A DNA stretch of 64,000 nt from an uncultured Verrucomicrobiae bacterium (GTDB lineage: Bacteria; Verrucomicrobiota; Verrucomicrobiia; Opitutales; JABDGR01). The stretch spans positions 207,266-271,265 of the forward strand of contig CAVXVB010000004.1 in NCBI GenBank assembly GCA_963765205.1, given 5' to 3'. Shown in pieces: positions 58,708-64,000 of the stretch. Made by a program: the position numbers and the translations under genes. The stretch's first letter is position 1; every line of letters begins with the position of its first letter. The notes under the pieces are model-generated. The model made no database searches. It saw only the letters and a list, made by a program, of their open reading frames with translations, and was not told the DNA's origin.

Positions 58708-61318
58708 GGACGGGGGTGTTTTGGGATAAAATCGGCTCGGGGGCGGCGGGGGCGGGCGGTGCGTCGGGTTGCGTGCGTTCTTCCTGAAAGGCGGCGGAAT
58801 TAATGATGCCCAGCAAGAGCGCGGAAAAACGTCCGCCGTTATTGTCGAGGTTTTCCACGATTTTGTCAACTGTGGGAACATCGTAAAATTCCATGCCCCG
58901 CCCGAGGGCGTAAGTTAGCATTTTCTCGGTCAGGCAGCGGTAAAATTCCTCGCGGTGGTTCGTGGCCAGGATTTGCTTCAAATCCCGAATATCCTTGAAG
59001 GCTTCCCCCGTGGCCAGTTTGCCCGTGGCGTCAATCGGCTGGCCCAGGTCCTGCAGGCGCACGGTGCCGAGGGCGTTGAAGTTTTCCAAAGCGAGGCCGA
59101 GCGGATCCATGCGGTCGTGGCAGGAAGAGCAGTTGGGGTCTGCGCGGTGGGCGGCCAGCGTCTCGCGCATCGTGGGCACATGGTCCACAATTTTTTGCCC
59201 GGCTTGTTCGAGCGCCGGAATGTTGGGCGGCGGAGGCGGCGAGGGCGCGCCCAGAATGTTTTCCAGGATCCATTTGCCGCGCTTGACCGGCGAGGTGCGC
59301 GTGGGGTTCGACGTGACCATCATGACGCTGCCCATGGTCAATACCCCGCCGCGCCAATCATTGGCCGCCAGCTCCACTTTGCGCATTTCATCCCCCGGCA
59401 CCTGCGTCGCGTAATCGCCGCCATAATAATAATTCGCCAGCGTCGAGTTGAGGAAGATGTAATTGCTGTTCAGAAATTCATCCACGCTCCGGTCGTTGTG
59501 CAGCACATAGCCAAAATAGGCGGCCGGTTCCGCGTCGAGCGCGGTGCGCATCTCCGGCGTCAAGGCCGGGTTGTAACCATCATCCCGCTCGCGTTGGAAG
59601 ATTTCCAAAGGGTTGAGCGGCACGGTCGTCACCGCGCGCGATTGCAGCCATTGGCCGGTAAAATTATGGATGAAGGCGTCGGCGCGCGGGTCGGCGGCCA
59701 TGCGTTGCACCTGCTCGGCGAGGTGGTTGCGCAATTGCCCGGCGGCGGCCAGCTTCATCAATTCATCATCCGGCATCGTGGACCAGAGAAAATAAGAGAG
59801 CCGCGACGCCAGGGAATATTCATCCACCGGAGCAAATGGCGCGGGCGGCCCGGGAACGTCGGCGGGAGTGTCGCTGCGAAACAGGAAGCGCGGTGAGGCC
59901 AGCACGGCGACCATCGCCTGCGAAATGCCCATTTCAAAGGTCTTGCCAGGCAGGCTGTATTCCCCCTCGGCGAGGTCCACGAGTCTGTCCAGGCTCGTGT
60001 CGGTAACGGGGCGGCGGAAGGCCTTGGTGGCAAAAGTGCCCAATACTTCGCGCGCATACGTGCGGCGCGCGGCCGGGTCGGCCGGGGCTTCATCCCGCGG
60101 GAAAAAGCGATTGTAGTTGGCTGGCTTGACCCACTGCGTCGGATCCGTGGGGCCTTCGATGGTGGTGCTGCGGAGCAAGAAATTGGCATCGTGGCTGCCG
60201 TCGCTGACTCCCGTCAAAGGCGTCACTGAAACCCTCACCTCATGATCACCCGGCGTCCAATGCACGGAAATCGTGTCATAGGAAGAGAGCTGCTTTTCGG
60301 AATTGGAGTTGGCGCCATGCCACGGGAGGACCAGTTGCTTCATTTCCTTGCCGTCCACGGATATGGAAACGGTGCAGCTTTGGGGAACATAGGTAAAGTT
60401 GCTGCCCACGCCCCGCTCCACCACCACGCGGTAATCGCCTTCGACCGCAATGGGAAAAGTATGGACGAAGTTGGCGGCCTTAAAATAGCTCGTCTTCACG
60501 GCGGTCTTGGTGACTTTGCCGTTCTCCATGGTATTGGTGTCCAAGGCGGGAGTTTTGCCGGTGTCGGCATCGAGAAAATCCCGGCCCAACACCGTCACCT
60601 TCGGTACCACCCGGGAAGCGGCCGGGACGGCCTGGCTCACCACGGTCTGCGCGGCGTTCAGGTATTTTTCCATGAGCAGGGGCGAGGTGTTAAGCACATC
60701 CGCGATGTTGTCAAAACCGTAGCCGATGTCATCCGAGGGAAAGGCGCTGTCCGTGTCGAAATCCACTCCGAGCAAATCATGAATGGTGTTGCGGTATTCG
60801 GCGCGGTTAAGCCGGTGGACGGTCACGCGGCCGGGGTCGGGGTCTTGCGGGTCAATGCCAAAGGCGGCGAATTTCACCCAGTGATCCAGAGTGGCTTGAT
60901 CCTGGGGCGAGAGGCGCGGGTTGCCCTCGGCGGGCATGATGCCGGCGCGGGTGTTCTTGATCACCTTGAGCCACAAATCGGGATTTTTCAGGAGCTGGTC
61001 TGTGGTCGTCAGTTGGTCAAAGGCAATGCCGCCGCTGCTTTCCCCATTGCCATGACACTCGTAACAGTGTTCCGCCAAAAGCGGCTGGATATTTTGGTGG
61101 AACTCCGCCAGGCCCGGATCTTCCGGCGGCGCGGGGGGCGGGGGCGGGGCGGGCGTCGAGGCTGCCGTCTTGGTTGCCCTCACCGGAGCAGGCGGGGCGT
61201 CGTGGGGCCATAAATCGTAGGCCACGGGGATGGCGCAAATCAAGAGCGCGGGCAGGCCAAATCCGGCCAATAGCACGATCCAGTTGCTAATCTTGTCATC
61301 TGCTCCTTGCGCTTTCAT
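58688..61318 (-). CDS. Planctomycete-type cytochrome c protein with DUF1587/1595/1592/1588/1585 domains, copy 1
   Basis: CYECH and CSSCH haem motifs, RLNRAEY.NT, LASRLSYFLWS, TSPVKRGKW. Confidence 0.9.
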   Translation of the reverse strand: MKAQGADDKISNWIVLLAGFGLPALLICAIPVAYDLWPHDAPPAPVRATKTAASTPAPPPPPAPPEDPGLAEFHQNIQPLLAEHCYECHGNGESSGGIAFDQLTTTDQLLKNPDLWLKVIKNTRAGIMPAEGNPRLSPQDQATLDHWVKFAAFGIDPQDPDPGRVTVHRLNRAEYRNTIHDLLGVDFDTDSAFPSDDIGYGFDNIADVLNTSPLLMEKYLNAAQTVVSQAVPAASRVVPKVTVLGRDFLDADTGKTPALDTNTMENGKVTKTAVKTSYFKAANFVHTFPIAVEGDYRVVVERGVGSNFTYVPQSCTVSISVDGKEMKQLVLPWHGANSNSEKQLSSYDTISVHWTPGDHEVRVSVTPLTGVSDGSHDANFLLRSTTIEGPTDPTQWVKPANYNRFFPRDEAPADPAARRTYAREVLGTFATKAFRRPVTDTSLDRLVDLAEGEYSLPGKTFEMGISQAMVAVLASPRFLFRSDTPADVPGPPAPFAPVDEYSLASRLSYFLWSTMPDDELMKLAAAGQLRNHLAEQVQRMAADPRADAFIHNFTGQWLQSRAVTTVPLNPLEIFQRERDDGYNPALTPEMRTALDAEPAAYFGYVLHNDRSVDEFLNSNYIFLNSTLANYYYGGDYATQVPGDEMRKVELAANDWRGGVLTMGSVMMVTSNPTRTSPVKRGKWILENILGAPSPPPPPNIPALEQAGQKIVDHVPTMRETLAAHRADPNCSSCHDRMDPLGLALENFNALGTVRLQDLGQPIDATGKLATGEAFKDIRDLKQILATNHREEFYRCLTEKMLTYALGRGMEFYDVPTVDKIVENLDNNGGRFSALLLGIINSAAFQEERTQPDAPPAPAAPEPILSQNTPVHENALP

Positions 61319-61392
61319 TCGTGGGGTTAGTCTTCCATGTTACAGTGGAAGTCTGCGATGGCAAATTGTTTTTGCCGCAAAAGCCCATGTTC

Positions 61393-61475
61393 GCCTTCGT
61401 AGCGCGGGGCTTTAGCCTGCGCTTCTTTTTTCGGGACGATTCCAAACGCAGGCCGAAGCACCGCGCGACGAAGGC
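61393..61475. repeat. GTAG-type REP-like inverted doublet
   Basis: 29-nt arms 61393-61421 and 61447-61475, reverse complementary with 4 mismatches. Confidence 0.7.
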
Positions 61476-61546
61476 AACTGTTCTTCAAATCCTACCAGCA
61501 ATCACGGGATTAATGCGTTGAACAATCCTCCCGTTTAGCCGGAATC

Positions 61547-62977
61547 TTAAACATCCGTCAGGCGCCCCGTCGAATCGCCAAAGTTTTCGACGTTCTGGAC
61601 ACCCATGCGGTCAATCATGCTGAGGTAGAGGTTGGCAATGGGGGCCGGATCATTCTGGATATAGCGCCCGGGCGTGAGCGAGCCGCCGCCGGCGCCGGCC
61701 AGGATGATCGGGAGGTTGTCGTGGGTGTGCTTGTTGCCGTCGGCAATGCCGCCGCCATACATGATCATCGAATTGTGCAACAGCGAATTGCCGTCCACGT
61801 CCTTGGTCGCCTCCATTTTTTCCAGAAAATAGGCGAATTGCGTGGCGTAGAAATTATCAATGACGCAAGTCTTGGCGATCAAGTCCGCGTCGTTGTGATG
61901 GTGCGTGCAATAATGGTGCCCTTCGTTGACGCCAATTTCCGCGAAATCACTGTTGTTGCCATCACCCTTGAAAATAAACGAGGCGATGCGGGTGTTGTCC
62001 GTCAGGAAAGCCAGATACATCATATCCAGATTTAACCGGACGTATTCCGTAAAGCTGGCCGGGACGCCGGCCGGAGTGTCCATGCCCGGGTCGGGATGTT
62101 TGTCCTTCGAGGCTTCCGCCCGCTGGATGCGTTGCTCAATCTCCCGCACACTGGTGAGGAATTCATCGAGCTTCTGGTTGTCCTGCGCGGAGAGCTGGCG
62201 TGCGACGCTGCGCGACTCGCTGTTCACGAAATCCAGCACGGAACTCTGCTGCGTCTGGCGCATGGCCAGGCTCTGCTGGCGCTCGGCTGCCGTGCCCCCC
62301 GTGCCAAACAACCGCTCAAATAGCAGGCGCGGGTTGGTTTCCGGCGACAACGGTGTGGTGGGCGAACTCCAGGAAAGATTGTGCTGGTAAGTGCAGACAT
62401 AACCCGTGTCGCAAGCGCCGGCGTTCTGCACGGTGTCGCAGGAAATCTGCAGCGAGGGGAACGGCGTCAGATGGCCCACCTGCTGGGCCGCCACCTGGTC
62501 AATCGAAATGCCGGCGCGGTAGTCCGCGCCCAGGGTTTTTTTGCACCGCACGGCAGTGAGGAAGGTGCCGCCTGAGCGGGCATGGTCGCCGCCGCCGTCC
62601 GGTCCTGGATCAGCGGACTGGTCGGCCAAGCCCCCAACCACCTGAATTTTGTCCTTCACGTTGACCAGCGACTTCATCGTGTCGTTAAGTTCAAAATCCT
62701 TGCCTTCGCCGGTCGGCCACCATTTACCGGGAATCGCCCCGTTGGGAAAGGAAAGGAATGCCATGCGCAAGGGCGCGCCTGTGGCCGTAGTCGCCCCCAG
62801 CGGAGCACCCAAGGGGCTGGCCGCGGTTGCCACGGCGTCCGCCAGCAAGCGGCGCGGCAGCAATGACTCCAACGCCGGCAGCGCCAGGCAAACACCCAAG
62901 CCGCGCAGGAACCGGCGCCGGTTTAGACTGTGGTGGCGTTCGGCGGCAAACTGGCGATTAGTGTGCGGAATTTTCAT
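61547..62977 (-). CDS. DUF1552 (HXXSHH) domain protein, copy 2
   Basis: Colinear paralogue of copy 1; HHYCTHH. Confidence 0.88.
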   Translation of the reverse strand: MKIPHTNRQFAAERHHSLNRRRFLRGLGVCLALPALESLLPRRLLADAVATAASPLGAPLGATTATGAPLRMAFLSFPNGAIPGKWWPTGEGKDFELNDTMKSLVNVKDKIQVVGGLADQSADPGPDGGGDHARSGGTFLTAVRCKKTLGADYRAGISIDQVAAQQVGHLTPFPSLQISCDTVQNAGACDTGYVCTYQHNLSWSSPTTPLSPETNPRLLFERLFGTGGTAAERQQSLAMRQTQQSSVLDFVNSESRSVARQLSAQDNQKLDEFLTSVREIEQRIQRAEASKDKHPDPGMDTPAGVPASFTEYVRLNLDMMYLAFLTDNTRIASFIFKGDGNNSDFAEIGVNEGHHYCTHHHNDADLIAKTCVIDNFYATQFAYFLEKMEATKDVDGNSLLHNSMIMYGGGIADGNKHTHDNLPIILAGAGGGSLTPGRYIQNDPAPIANLYLSMIDRMGVQNVENFGDSTGRLTDV

Positions 62978-64000
62978 GGGCGGGGGCGTTGAGGGATAAA
63001 ACTGGCTCAGAAGTGGGTTGCTCAATGGGCAGAACGCGCTGTTCCTGAAAGGCGGCGGAATTAATCACTCCCATCAATAACGCCGAAAAGCGGCCATTGT
63101 TATTATCAAGGCTTTCCACGATTTTGTCAACCGTGGGAACGTCATAATAATCCATCCCCCGCCCAATCGCATAGGTCAGCATCTTTTCGGTCAAACAACG
63201 GTAGAATTCCTCACGGTGATTCGTCAGGAGGATGTGCTTCAAGTCCCGGATGTCCTTGAAGGCTTCGCCGGTGGACAGTTTGCCGGTGGCGTCAATCGGC
63301 TGGCCCAATTCCGCCAGCCGCACCACGCCCAAGGCGTTGAAGTTTTCCAGCGCCAGCCCGAGCGGATCCATGCGGTCGTGGCAGGAGGCGCACACCGGGT
63401 CCGCACGGTGCGCGGCCAGCGTCTCGCGCATCGTAGGCGTGTGGTCCGCGATTTTTTGCCCCGCTTCTTCGAGGGGCGGGATGTTCGGCGGCGGGGGCGG
63501 CGCGGGCGCATCCAGAATGTTCTCCAGAATCCATTTCCCGCGCTTGACCGGCGAGGTGCGCGTGGGGTTCGACGTGACCATCATGACGCTCCCCATCGTC
63601 AAAACGCCGCCGCGCCAATCCCCGGGGGCCAGGTCCACTTTGCGCATTTCGTTGCCATCAAGCTGGTAGGCGTCCCCATAATAATAATTGGCCAAGGTCG
63701 AGTTGAGAAAGATGTAGTTGCTGTCCAGAAATTCATCCACGCTGCGGTCGTTGCGCATCACGTAGCCAAAGTAAGCTTGCGGTTCCTCATTCAACGCGGT
63801 GCGCATGGCGGGCGTCAACGTGGGATTATAGCCGTCATCGCGTTCCCGCGCAAAGATGTCGCCGGGACTGAGGGACACGTTTAACACGGCGCGCGATTGC
63901 AGCCATTGCTCGGAAAAGTTTTGGATGAAGGCATCCGCCCGCGGGTCGGCGGCCATCCGCTGCACCTGCTCGGCGAGGTGGTTGCGCAACTGCCCCGCCG
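62958..64000 (-). CDS. DUF1592/1588/1585 cytochrome c protein, copy 2 (5' end outside the window)
   Basis: TSPVKRGKW, CASCH; colinear with the C-terminal part of copy 1. Confidence 0.88.
   Translation of the reverse strand, partial: AGQLRNHLAEQVQRMAADPRADAFIQNFSEQWLQSRAVLNVSLSPGDIFARERDDGYNPTLTPAMRTALNEEPQAYFGYVMRNDRSVDEFLDSNYIFLNSTLANYYYGDAYQLDGNEMRKVDLAPGDWRGGVLTMGSVMMVTSNPTRTSPVKRGKWILENILDAPAPPPPPNIPPLEEAGQKIADHTPTMRETLAAHRADPVCASCHDRMDPLGLALENFNALGVVRLAELGQPIDATGKLSTGEAFKDIRDLKHILLTNHREEFYRCLTEKMLTYAIGRGMDYYDVPTVDKIVESLDNNNGRFSALLMGVINSAAFQEQRVLPIEQPTSEPVLSLNAPAHENSAH

Overview
High-GC bacterial chromosomal window. Gene content and order suggest Verrucomicrobiota, probably Opitutia-like (inference). 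The core is a minus-strand ribosomal protein superoperon from rplC to rplQ with secY, map and rpoA. It lacks rpsJ, rpmD, adk, infA and rpmJ, and carries an unexpected secreted-protein gene between rpsS and rplV. Flanking genes include a sugar ABC transporter, guaA, ruvB, chrA, moeB-rhodanese, clpP, phoBR, a COG3014-YcfL-LpoB-like lipoprotein operon, folK, higBA, a sulfatase, EIIA-ClC, holA, an IS5 element and a tandemly duplicated DUF1592-cytochrome/DUF1552 gene pair. The most striking unexplained structure is a dispersed family of about 25 elements built from short tandem 7-mer (some 8/9-mer) arrays, usually arranged as inverted arms around a variable spacer. Most are empty (about 80-300 bp). 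One is inserted in frame inside chrA. One encloses a 1.1 kb AT-richer cargo with a four-helix-bundle gene and a PD-(D/E)XK nuclease gene. Together they look like an undescribed hairpin-bounded cassette or mobile-element system. Several single-base frameshifts, mostly in homopolymers, suggest long-read assembly errors. No rRNA, tRNA or CRISPR array was recognised.
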